Part shown: positions 37,725 to 46,554 of the stretch, piece by piece | Layout: the number at the start of each line of letters is the position of its first letter | Position numbering within the stretch: the first letter of the stretch is position 1 | From: Polyangiales bacterium | GTDB lineage: Bacteria > Myxococcota_A > Polyangia > Polyangiales > Ga0077539 | Assembly: GCA_044229975.1 (NCBI GenBank) | Contig: JBGARZ010000014.1 | Coordinates: 158,865 to 222,864 of the forward strand | Length of the DNA: 64,000 nucleotides | Direction: 5' to 3' | Translations under genes and position numbers: made by a program | The notes under the pieces: model-generated | Database searches by the model: none | What the model saw: only the letters and a program-made list of their open reading frames with translations | What the model was told of the DNA's origin: nothing

Positions 37725-38933
37725 ATGAACGACCGTCTCATCCTCGCGCTGCGCCCGTGGACCTACTCGGACGTGGGCGTGATGTTCGCCGTGCTGTTGG
37801 GGCTGATGTTTCTCTCGGTGGTGCTCCAGGGCCGCGGTCGCGCGCGCACCGCACACCGGGTGATGGCCGCCGCCGGTGCCCTCGTCACGGCACAGCTCGG
37901 ATGGCACCTCGTCTCGCACTACGCGCGCTGCGACGCCTGCCCCGTTGCCTTCGACGTGTGCCCCAACCCGTCGAGCTGGGCCTTCCTCTACGACTACCTC
38001 GCCTGCCAGGTGGTGCTGTCGCTCTTCGCGTTCCAGGAGTCGCGCCGCTACGGGCTCGCGCACCCCGTTCGTTGGGCGCTCGCGGTGTTCGCGGCGCCGC
38101 TCGTCGGCACGCCGCTCTTCTTCGCGCGCCTCCATGACCTCGAAGAGGGCGGCGCTACGCCGACGGCGAGCGTTCCGTCGCTGCGCTGGGCCTTCGCTGC
38201 GCTGGTGGTGTTGAGCGCGCCCTTCGTGATGCCCGCGCTGCCCTTCGACCACTTCGGCGCGCTCGGCGGGGAGTTCTATTGGGACGGAACCTCCAACGCC
38301 CTCAACACCTACGTCGCGTACTCGGTGCTGCTGCTGTTCGGGCAGGTGTTCGTCTTCACGCTCCCGCGCACCAGGGGCGTCGCGTGGCAGGTGGCGTCGC
38401 TCTTCCTCGCCTTCAACTGCCTCGCCGCGTACATCGCGCTCTTCTTCGTCTTCTACGACCAGCGCTTCACCGCCGACACCTCGACGCCGCGCCACCGCTT
38501 CGCCCCGCGCGGTGAGATCGGCATCATCGGCGCCATCGTCCTCGGCAACCTCGCCGCGATGATCTTCGGCGTGACCCTTCGCTACACGCACTTCGTCGTG
38601 AAGAGCCCGGAGCAGGTGTGCCACGAGGGCCTCGTCACCACCCGCCGTGCGCTCGCGGCCTGCGTCACCGACCTCGAAGCCGCCCTGCCCGCGAGGCAGC
38701 AGGCCGCCGTCGCGTCGGGCGCCAACTCCTACGCGCGGGCGCTGCCCGGCGAGACCCAGGCGTGCCTGACCCTCGCTCGTGGCGCGATCGCGGGCGACGA
38801 GCGCGAGCGCCGGGAGCTCACCCGGCGTCTCGCGATCCATCACGGCAGCGACCTCCCGTCGTGTCAGGAGGCCGCGTCGGCCAACTACGCCGTGCTCAAC
38901 GAGTGTCCGATCATTCCCCCGCTCAGCCGCTGA
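37725..38933 (+). CDS. Multi-pass membrane protein with DUF2834-like segments and a Cys-containing C-terminal soluble domain
   Basis: FLYDY...ESRRYG...PLFFARL resembles the DUF2834 pattern; many TM helices; 3' end overlaps the megasynthase by 11 bp. Confidence 0.65.
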   Translation: MNDRLILALRPWTYSDVGVMFAVLLGLMFLSVVLQGRGRARTAHRVMAAAGALVTAQLGWHLVSHYARCDACPVAFDVCPNPSSWAFLYDYLACQVVLSLFAFQESRRYGLAHPVRWALAVFAAPLVGTPLFFARLHDLEEGGATPTASVPSLRWAFAALVVLSAPFVMPALPFDHFGALGGEFYWDGTSNALNTYVAYSVLLLFGQVFVFTLPRTRGVAWQVASLFLAFNCLAAYIALFFVFYDQRFTADTSTPRHRFAPRGEIGIIGAIVLGNLAAMIFGVTLRYTHFVVKSPEQVCHEGLVTTRRALAACVTDLEAALPARQQAAVASGANSYARALPGETQACLTLARGAIAGDERERRELTRRLAIHHGSDLPSCQEAASANYAVLNECPIIPPLSR

Positions 38934-41900
38934 CCACCTCCGGGCCGCGCTCGCCATAGAGCTTGCGTGCGAAGGCGGCGACCCACCGATCGACGGGCGA
39001 GTCGCCGAGCACGAGGCGACCCGCGCGTGCACCGTCGAGGATGCGCCGCGTGTCGGGCGACGGGTCGGGGAGTGCTTCGAGCACGGCGCAGATGATGTTC
39101 CAGAGGGAGTTGGCGCCGGTGCGGGCCGACCACGCGGCGACGGTCTCGCCGAAGGCCGGGTCGGGTACGCCGGGCTCTTCGACGGCGTTGCTGGGGCCGA
39201 GGCCGTTGATGCCCGCGAGCACCCGCTCGCTGCGCTCGACGAAGCCGAGGTCGGTGAGCTCTTCGGGGAGGATGGGGCGACCGATCCAGTAGACCTGCTT
39301 CGTGTAGCCGACGGGCACATCGATCTTCTCGTCGAGGGGATCGGCAGGCAGGCCGCCGGTGAAGCGCACCGGGATGATGGGCGCGCCCGTGGCGAGGGCC
39401 ATCTCCACGAACATCGGGTTGAGCACCTGCACGGGCTCGCGGCAGTTGGTGGAGCGCGTCCCCTGGACGTGGACGAGCACGTTGCGGGTGTTGGTGCTGA
39501 GCGCGGTGGCGAGCTCGTTGATGCGGTCGCCGATCTCCTCGGGCTTGGAGCGGTCGATGAACACATACGTCTTCGGATGAACCACGCCCGGGTACGCGAA
39601 CATGTGCTCCATGAACCAGCCCATGTCCCCGGCCAGGCCCTCGATCTTGGCGAGGCCGACGAGGTGCTTGCCGCTCAAGCCCGCCATGATGGTGGAGAGC
39701 ATCGCGGGCTCGGCCGACACCTGATGGTTGGCGAGGTAGAGGCAGCCGCGGTCGCGCACGCGCTCGAAGGCCGCGCGATCTTCGAAGGCGACGTGGTCGA
39801 CGAAGCGGCGGATGAAGCCGAAGACGACGTCCTCGAAGGGCCAGCGCGAGACGCCGAAGTGGTGGCGCCAGTAGGCGAGGGGGACGTCCATGTCATGGCC
39901 CGCGATGCGCTGGATGTCCGAGGCCTTCGGCGCGACCGCGACCACTGGCGCGGCGGCGGGTTCGGCGCGCGGGGCGGCGCGTTTTGCGTCGACGCGGCTG
40001 AGGGCATCGGCGACGCGGGCGAGGGTGCGCTGCTCGTAGAGGAGTGATGTCGCGACGGCCCAGCCGAGCCAGTCGGAGAGCTGCGTGACGAGCGTGGTGA
40101 TGGCCAGCGAGTCGAGCCCGAGCTGCTCGATGGGGGCGTCGAGGTCGACCGTGCTGCGGCTCGTCCTGGCCACCTTCGCGACGGCCCCGGTGAGCCAGCC
40201 GCGCAGCTCGTCGACGGAGCGCGCCGGGCGCGTGGAGACGCCCGCCGCGGCGTCGCGTGAGTCGTCGTCACCGAAGTGCCGCGCGACGAGCGCCTCGGCG
40301 TACGCCACGTTGCACTCGATGAGCTCGAAGTTGAACAAGCTCCCGCAATAGAAGGTGGAGTTGCTGCCCTGGAGCGCTTCGAGGCGCGCGTGGAAGCCCT
40401 CCGCGGCGGCCTCTGGGTCGACGTGGGGGAAGTACCTCCAGCGCTTCTGGAGCAGCACCTCGCCCATGGTTCCCCCGATGGCGGTGACGTCTTCGCGGAG
40501 GCGGGCTTCGATGTCCCGGCCGTCGAGCGAGTCGTTGCCGTAGGAGTAGAAGAGCACCACGTCGGAGCCTGGGTGGCGGTGGTGCATCGCGACGCAGTGA
40601 CCCACGCGCGAAGGGTCGTCGGTGTTCTGCCGGAGGATGTAGAAGCCCTCTTCGGGGAGCGACTGCGCGCGGGCGACGGTCGTGTAGTAGTCGAGGTGCT
40701 GCACCTGCCCGAAGAGCTCGCGCTCCTCCAGCGTCGCATCGAGGAACGGCAGCGCGTCGTCCACCGACAGCGCGAGCACCAGGCGATCGAACTCCAGGCG
40801 CTCCTTGCCGACGGACACGCGGACCTTGCCGTCACGTCGCTCCACCGCGCGCACCTTCACGCCGCGGCGAACGTCGGGGAGCTTGGAGGCGACGCGGTTC
40901 CAGAGCGTCTGCATGCCGCCCGCGACGGTCCAGTACTGGAGCAGATCGGGGTGACCATCCTTGGCGAGCAGACCGGCCGTCTCGGCCGCCTTCAGGAAGT
41001 ACACCGCGGGGATGTCCCCGCCCTTGAGATAGCCGTATCCCGTCGAGGTAAAGCTCGCGCCGATGGCATCACCGAGGGCGCCGAGCCCGTGGCCGTCGAG
41101 CCACTCCAGGGCAGGCTGCGCGGCCGCCGTCGCAACGCTCGCGAGGCCCGGTCGGTCGAACCCGGCGAGCTTGTTCTCCCGCAGCGCGCGGTACTTCAAG
41201 AACGCCTCGCGCAGCGCCGGGCCCTCGTCCCACGGGATCACCCGCCGCGCCTCCATGTCGTAGTTGAACGTCGGCGTCGCCTTCTCCATGTGCAGCCCCA
41301 TCGAGGCCACCAGGCGCGCGACGGCCTTGTACTGCGGCGTGCAGAGGTGCCCGCCCAGGTCGTACGCATGGTCGTCGACCGTGATGGACGCGCACTTGCC
41401 CGCGACCTCGGGTGCCGCCTCGAGCACGGTCACCTGATGGCCCTGCTGGTGGAGGTTCCAGGCGGCGGTGAGCCCGGAGGCACCCGCGCCGATGACGCAC
41501 ACGCGGAGGGACTTCTTCTTCGTCGCGACCGGCGGCGCGGCGCCGGGTGCGTCGGTCATCAACGCGGCGAGCGACGGAGGCAGCGTCTGCCCGAGCCGGG
41601 CGCACGCAGAGACTTCGTAGACCACCTCACGCAGTGTCTCCAGCGACGCGAACTCGCTGGCCGATCGCGCGGGCGGTGGGGCGAGCTCGATGGGCGCGTT
41701 GAGCGAATTGAAGCGCAGTGACTCCACGGCGTCGTCGTCGGCGACGCGGTCGAGGTGCAGGCGCATCGCGACGCGCCACGGGTGATCGGCCTCGCTCCAC
41801 GGGCGGGTGCAGTCGAGGGCGGCCTCGTCGACGTCGTGGAGCTGGACCTCCAGCACATAGTCGATGCCTCCGTCGGCGAGTCGGGCGCGCAGCTCGTCGT

Positions 41901-44301
41901 GGAGGAAGGTGGACGGGCGCGTGTCGTCGTCACGCCGCGGAATGGAGTCGGGCGGCAGCAGCGCTTCGCCGTGGACGAAGGCGCCGTCGGCGTCGAGGTC
42001 GGGGCGCCGTAGACGGAAGCGCGCGTAGCAGCGGGAGCCGTCACGCGCGGAGAGCAGCGAGGCGGTCTTCGAGTGGTAGTAGACCTCGGTGTAGGAGAGC
42101 GGCGCGCGGAACATCTCCCACGCGGCGGTCGCGACGTGGGGGTTGGCCTTGGCGATCGCGTCGCGCTCGGTGGGGCTGCCGCCCATCCAACGCAGGAAGC
42201 CTTGCGCGGTGGGCGCGAGGAAGCACCGCCCGGTGGTGAGCAGGAGGTCGAGCAGCGGCGTGTCGAGCGATGTGCTGTCGGGGTCGAGCACGCGCACCGT
42301 GGCGCCGCGGTTGTCCCAGGCGGCGTCGTCGTCCTGCACGCCGTTGGCGTGACGCACCAGCACCGGGTAGCGGCGACCGCTCGCGAAGAGCCCGATGGGC
42401 GGAACCGCTCCGTCGGCCGTCGCCTCGACGAAGCCCAGGAGCGTCGTGGCGCGCTTGTGAAACATCCTCCCGCCGCGCTCACGAGACGCGCGCGCGAACC
42501 AGCGACCGACGTTCGCGGCAATGGTGCGGAGGCCATCGTCCATGCCCTCGACGATCTCGGCGAGGGTCGGCGCATTGCCCGCGCGGTCGACGTGCAGCGC
42601 GGCGAAGGCACCCCGCTCGAAGGCTTCGCGGCACGCGCGACGACGAAGCTTGCCGCTCGACGTCTTCAGCACCGCTCCGGGTCGCGCGAGGATCACCACG
42701 GCGCACGCCTGTCGGTGGTCGCGGATGATGCGAGCGCGCACGGCCGCCGCCACGGCCTCGGCCTGCGCGGGGTCGACGGAGTGGTCGCGCAGCTCGACGA
42801 TCACCGCGAGCTCATCGCCTGCCGCCGCGGGGCCGCGCAGGCCGAAGGCCGCGACGCCGCCGGGGCGCACGAGGTCGTGGCAGCCACGCACGCTGTCTTC
42901 AATGTCCTGCGGGTGGAGGTTGCGGCCGCGGACGATGATGGTGTCCTTCAGGCGACCGACCACGAAGAGCTCGCCCTCGTGGAGGAAGCCGAGGTCACCC
43001 GTTCGGAGGTAGGAGAGCGGGTCGTCGGGGAGGGTGGCTTCGAAGGTGTGGCGCGTCTCCTCGGGCAGTCCGTCGTAGCCAGCGGCCTTGCTCGGGGAGC
43101 TCACCCACAGCTCACCCACGCGACCCATCGGGAGCGCTTCACCGGACTCGGGGTCGACCACGCGCACGGTCACTCCCTCCGAGGGGCGACCGCAGCCGAC
43201 GCACTCCACCGCGGGCGCGTCGCCGACGACGGGCGTGACGCGGCGGTGGTGTTCGAGCTCGGCGCGGTCGAGGCGGGCGGTGGCGCGGCCGCGCACGGAG
43301 ACGCCGACGGTGTGCTCGGCGAGCCCATACGCAGGGCAGAACGCCTTCGGATCAAACCCGCTCGCCGCGAACGCATCGCAGAAGGCGCGCACCGTCTCCG
43401 GGCGCACGGGCTCGGCGGCGCTCATGGCGACGCGCAGCGAGGAGAGGTCGAGCGCGCTGCGCTGCTCGGCGGTGCTCTTGCGGACGGCGAGGTCGTAGCC
43501 GAAGTTGGGGCCCGCGATGTGCGTGGCGCGAACACGCGACGCGAGCTCCATCCAGACGTGCGGCCGCTGGACGAAGGAGAGCGGCGACATCATCCACAGC
43601 GAGCCGTTGCCGTGCAGCGCCGCGAGGATGCCGCTGACGAGTCCGAAGTCGTGGTAGTGCGGCACCCACATCGCCATGCGCGCGTCGGGCCCGAGTCCGA
43701 GGTCGTGCGCGTTGACCGTGAGCTGGTGGGCGAGGTTGCCGTAGGTGATGAGCACGCCGCGCGGCGCCGAAGTCGACCCCGACGTGTACTGCACGAACGC
43801 CACGTCCTCGGTCGACGGCGACGGGCGCGCGGGAGCGGGCGAGCGGTCATCGGCCGCGGTGGTGTCGAGCCACGGGAGCGCGGGCAGCGAGACCTCCGGG
43901 TTGTTGGCGACGTACTCGCGGAGGCCGGCGTAGACGCCGTCGGTGAGCAGCGCCTTCGCGCGCGCCGAGCGGACGATGTTGGCGATGGCCGGGAGGTCCT
44001 GCGCGAGGTTGTACGGGTTGGGCGACGCGACGGGCACGGGCACCACGCGGGCCACGAGGCACCCGATAAACGCGCGCACGAAGTCCATCGACGGCGCGTA
44101 GATGAGCACCGCGCGATCACCCGCTTCGAGGCCCGCGCGGCAGAGCTGTCCGGCGACCGACTCGGCCTCGGTGAGGGTGTCACCCCAGGTCATGCGCGCG
44201 GCGTCGGAGCCCGCGTCGTCGACGAAGGTGTACAGCAGCTCGGTGGGGGTCTCGCGCCCCAGCCGACGCAGGCGCTCGATCACGGTCTCCGACGTATTCA
44301 T
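38923..44301 (-). CDS. Multidomain lipid enzyme: FAAL - catalase-related (AOS-like) heme domain - PAI-like FAD oxidoreductase/isomerase - ACP - acyltransferase
   Basis: FAAL: QYTSGST, WVPHYHDFGL, YGLAE, RTGDLG, KTSSGK. Catalase-like: RMFH615, VRHAN..DDD, REVVY895. FAD: VIGAGASG938, GKC, WRYFPHV. ACP: GLDS1398L. Acyltransferase: NH1526QVSAE, VQGTR, PIIPV. Confidence 0.92.
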   Translation of the reverse strand: MNTSETVIERLRRLGRETPTELLYTFVDDAGSDAARMTWGDTLTEAESVAGQLCRAGLEAGDRAVLIYAPSMDFVRAFIGCLVARVVPVPVASPNPYNLAQDLPAIANIVRSARAKALLTDGVYAGLREYVANNPEVSLPALPWLDTTAADDRSPAPARPSPSTEDVAFVQYTSGSTSAPRGVLITYGNLAHQLTVNAHDLGLGPDARMAMWVPHYHDFGLVSGILAALHGNGSLWMMSPLSFVQRPHVWMELASRVRATHIAGPNFGYDLAVRKSTAEQRSALDLSSLRVAMSAAEPVRPETVRAFCDAFAASGFDPKAFCPAYGLAEHTVGVSVRGRATARLDRAELEHHRRVTPVVGDAPAVECVGCGRPSEGVTVRVVDPESGEALPMGRVGELWVSSPSKAAGYDGLPEETRHTFEATLPDDPLSYLRTGDLGFLHEGELFVVGRLKDTIIVRGRNLHPQDIEDSVRGCHDLVRPGGVAAFGLRGPAAAGDELAVIVELRDHSVDPAQAEAVAAAVRARIIRDHRQACAVVILARPGAVLKTSSGKLRRRACREAFERGAFAALHVDRAGNAPTLAEIVEGMDDGLRTIAANVGRWFARASRERGGRMFHKRATTLLGFVEATADGAVPPIGLFASGRRYPVLVRHANGVQDDDAAWDNRGATVRVLDPDSTSLDTPLLDLLLTTGRCFLAPTAQGFLRWMGGSPTERDAIAKANPHVATAAWEMFRAPLSYTEVYYHSKTASLLSARDGSRCYARFRLRRPDLDADGAFVHGEALLPPDSIPRRDDDTRPSTFLHDELRARLADGGIDYVLEVQLHDVDEAALDCTRPWSEADHPWRVAMRLHLDRVADDDAVESLRFNSLNAPIELAPPPARSASEFASLETLREVVYEVSACARLGQTLPPSLAALMTDAPGAAPPVATKKKSLRVCVIGAGASGLTAAWNLHQQGHQVTVLEAAPEVAGKCASITVDDHAYDLGGHLCTPQYKAVARLVASMGLHMEKATPTFNYDMEARRVIPWDEGPALREAFLKYRALRENKLAGFDRPGLASVATAAAQPALEWLDGHGLGALGDAIGASFTSTGYGYLKGGDIPAVYFLKAAETAGLLAKDGHPDLLQYWTVAGGMQTLWNRVASKLPDVRRGVKVRAVERRDGKVRVSVGKERLEFDRLVLALSVDDALPFLDATLEERELFGQVQHLDYYTTVARAQSLPEEGFYILRQNTDDPSRVGHCVAMHHRHPGSDVVLFYSYGNDSLDGRDIEARLREDVTAIGGTMGEVLLQKRWRYFPHVDPEAAAEGFHARLEALQGSNSTFYCGSLFNFELIECNVAYAEALVARHFGDDDSRDAAAGVSTRPARSVDELRGWLTGAVAKVARTSRSTVDLDAPIEQLGLDSLAITTLVTQLSDWLGWAVATSLLYEQRTLARVADALSRVDAKRAAPRAEPAAAPVVAVAPKASDIQRIAGHDMDVPLAYWRHHFGVSRWPFEDVVFGFIRRFVDHVAFEDRAAFERVRDRGCLYLANHQVSAEPAMLSTIMAGLSGKHLVGLAKIEGLAGDMGWFMEHMFAYPGVVHPKTYVFIDRSKPEEIGDRINELATALSTNTRNVLVHVQGTRSTNCREPVQVLNPMFVEMALATGAPIIPVRFTGGLPADPLDEKIDVPVGYTKQVYWIGRPILPEELTDLGFVERSERVLAGINGLGPSNAVEEPGVPDPAFGETVAAWSARTGANSLWNIICAVLEALPDPSPDTRRILDGARAGRLVLGDSPVDRWVAAFARKLYGERGPEVVSG

Positions 44302-44390
44302 CCCGAGTTCTCCTCACTTACGCGGCCCAAGACGCCGCAGGTACAAGGTCGGATTGCGGGTGGTCAAGGGCGCGGAGATACTCGCAGCCC

Positions 44391-45083
44391 GTGTCTGGAA
44401 TTGCGTTCTTCGACGTCGACCGAACCCTCCTCTCGGTCAACTCCGCGACCCTCTGGATCAGGCGTGAGCTCAAGCTCGGCCATGTGTCGCGTCGAGATGC
44501 GATGCGCGGCGCGCTCTGGCTCGGTCTGTACGCGATGGGCTTCGCTCCGATGGAGGCCGCCCTCATCGACGCGGTGGGCACGTTGCGTGGAAAGCGCGAG
44601 AGCGACATCCGCGATCGGACGCTCGCGTTCTGGCGCGACGAGGTGCGCCATCTCATTCGTCCGGGCGCTCGCGGCGCGCTGGCGATGCACCGTGCGCGCG
44701 GCGACGCGATCTACCTCCTCACCTCGTCATCGACCTATCTCTCGGGCGAGCTCGCGGCCGAGCTCGGCTGTGACGGCTACCTCTGCAACCGCATGGAGGT
44801 CGCCGACGGACTCTTCACCGGCGGCATCGTGCGCCCGGTCTGCTTCGGCGCGGGCAAGGCCACGCTCGCCGCGACCCTCGCCGCCGAGCGCGGCGTTGCC
44901 ATGTCCGACTGCGCCTACTACGGCGACAGCTACAGCGACCTGCCCATCCTGCTCGCGGTCGGAACGCCCGTCGTGGTCAACCCCGACCTCCGCCTGCGCC
45001 TCGCCGCGCGTCGCCGCGCATGGCCCATCGAAGACTGGAGCCGCGCGCCCGCGCTGCTGCCCGCTCCCGCGCGCGACACCTGA
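44391..45083 (+). CDS. HAD-IB family hydrolase (SerB-like/lipid phosphatase-like)
   Basis: FFDVDRTL, LTSS, GK, YGDSYSDLP, VNPD. Confidence 0.9.
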   Translation: MSGIAFFDVDRTLLSVNSATLWIRRELKLGHVSRRDAMRGALWLGLYAMGFAPMEAALIDAVGTLRGKRESDIRDRTLAFWRDEVRHLIRPGARGALAMHRARGDAIYLLTSSSTYLSGELAAELGCDGYLCNRMEVADGLFTGGIVRPVCFGAGKATLAATLAAERGVAMSDCAYYGDSYSDLPILLAVGTPVVVNPDLRLRLAARRRAWPIEDWSRAPALLPAPARDT

Positions 45084-45090
45084 GCGAGGT

Positions 45091-45351
45091 CTAGCTCGTC
45101 TTGATGGGTGCGGCCCCGCCGACGACCTGCGCTTCGCGCTCTGCCGCCGGGTCGGCGGACGCCGGCGCGCTGCGCTCGACCGAGACGCCCAGCGCCGCCA
45201 GGTCGCCTGCGCCGAGGCCCAGCAACTTCGCCACGGCGTCCCGATGGTCGCGCTCGTGCTCGTGGCCCAGCGCGCCGACCTCAGACTCGTAGTCGACGGT
45301 GATCCTCGGCCCGTCGGCGGTCTCCACCAGCCGAATCTTCATGGTGGCCAC
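45091..45351 (-). CDS. Small protein, FtsH-ternary-system X3-analog-like
   Basis: MKIRL...ITVDYESE..ALGHEHERDHRDAVAKLLG; family assignment from recall. Confidence 0.7.
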   Translation of the reverse strand: MATMKIRLVETADGPRITVDYESEVGALGHEHERDHRDAVAKLLGLGAGDLAALGVSVERSAPASADPAAEREAQVVGGAAPIKTS

Positions 45352-45354
45352 CGC

Positions 45355-45885
45355 TCAGACCTCCACCGTGATGGTCGTGACCCGCTGCCCGTCGGCGTCG
45401 ACGCTCTCCACGGGATCTCCTGCCCGACCGAGCTGCCCGGCCTTCCGGACGAGCGCCTCCAGCAGCGCCGCGCGCACCGCACCGCCCACCTCGTCGCGCA
45501 CCGCCTCCTCCGCTCGCATCAGCGCGCGGTCGGCCTTCGCCTTCGCCTCGCGCTCGAAGTCCGGGCGACGACGTTCGGCGTCCTCGCGCGCCGCCGCGTC
45601 GCCGCGCCCGTCATTGTCCGCGGGGTCGTAGCTGCTCCCGATCACGTCCGCGGTGGCCTGCGCGTTGAGCTCCAACGCGGGGTTCTCCAGGTCGATGCTG
45701 AGCTCCGCGGCGTCGACCGTCTTGCGCGCGGTCTTGCCGTCGTCGTCGATCGCCCAGCCCGCCTTCGCGAGCTCGGCGCCCAGCAGCGCGGGCATCTCCG
45801 GAACGATGGGCGGACACACCACGACCCGCCGGTCGCGGCTCTCTCCCACCACCGTTCCGAGCTTCACCCTGTACGTCTTGCTCAT
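45355..45885 (-). CDS. Hypothetical protein, FtsH-ternary-system X5-like
   Basis: ATGA-coupled to the radical SAM gene; MSKTYRV...EALVRKAGQLG...TITVEV; family assignment from recall. Confidence 0.7.
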   Translation of the reverse strand: MSKTYRVKLGTVVGESRDRRVVVCPPIVPEMPALLGAELAKAGWAIDDDGKTARKTVDAAELSIDLENPALELNAQATADVIGSSYDPADNDGRGDAAAREDAERRRPDFEREAKAKADRALMRAEEAVRDEVGGAVRAALLEALVRKAGQLGRAGDPVESVDADGQRVTTITVEV

Positions 45886-46478
45886 CGTGTCCCTCTCACG
45901 ATCGATCGTCCCGTCGCCGCGCCCGTCACCGGCCACCCGTTGACCACCACCTCGCCGTCGCGGAGGTGGATCTCTAGCGTGTTGCGCTGCGCGAAGCACG
46001 GGTCGTCCGCCCGGTAGCGATCGGTGAGGAAGACCATCCGCTGGTTGGTCGAACCCACCCAGCGCCGCGCGCTCGTCCGCAGCGACGCCTCGTAACGACC
46101 GTCGACCAGCAGGTCCGTCGACGCGAGCAGCGCGCGCACCCCGTCGTCCTCCATCGCCCCGAGCTCCTCCAGCGTGTAGCCCGTAAACACCATCACCGAG
46201 AGCCCTCCCGCGCGCACCAGCGACGCGAAGCGCGCGAGCTCCGTCGCCTGCGCCATGGGCTCGCCACCCAGCAGGCTCACGCCCTCCACGCCCGCTCGTA
46301 GCGCGCGCTCGGCCAGCGCCTCGGCCGTCATCGTGTCGCGCTCCACGAACGCGAGCTGCTCGGGGTTGCAGCACTCCCGGCAGCGGAGGGGACAGCCCTG
46401 CACCCACACCGCGAAGCGCACGCCCGGCCCCTCGGCTTCGGTGCGATCGACCACGTTGGCGACGTTGAGCGAGGGCAC
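45882..46478 (-). CDS. Radical SAM protein, NrdG-like 4Fe-4S single-cluster family
   Basis: EGPGVRFAVWVQGCPLRCRECCNPE (CxxxCxxC), GGEP, FTGY, DLLVDGRY, GSTNQR. Confidence 0.9.
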   Translation of the reverse strand: MPSLNVANVVDRTEAEGPGVRFAVWVQGCPLRCRECCNPEQLAFVERDTMTAEALAERALRAGVEGVSLLGGEPMAQATELARFASLVRAGGLSVMVFTGYTLEELGAMEDDGVRALLASTDLLVDGRYEASLRTSARRWVGSTNQRMVFLTDRYRADDPCFAQRNTLEIHLRDGEVVVNGWPVTGAATGRSIVRGTR

Positions 46479-46554
46479 GAGAGACTCTTACCACGCGGGC
46501 GTCGATGGTCCGCTCTTTCACCCCGCGCGATGGGCTGCGCTATGGTCGCTCGCG

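Noticed and set aside
38923..44301. Conventional NRPS/PKS cluster
   Set aside because: No condensation, ketosynthase or thioesterase motifs in the window.
42073..46017. 1314-aa plus-strand ORF and the many other long Arg/Ala/Gly-rich ORFs in the track
   Set aside because: Antisense or off-frame shadows of real genes in high-GC DNA; no motifs.
45882..46478. Annotation as nrdG
   Set aside because: No nrdD nearby and it is coupled to unrelated small genes; gene symbol withheld.
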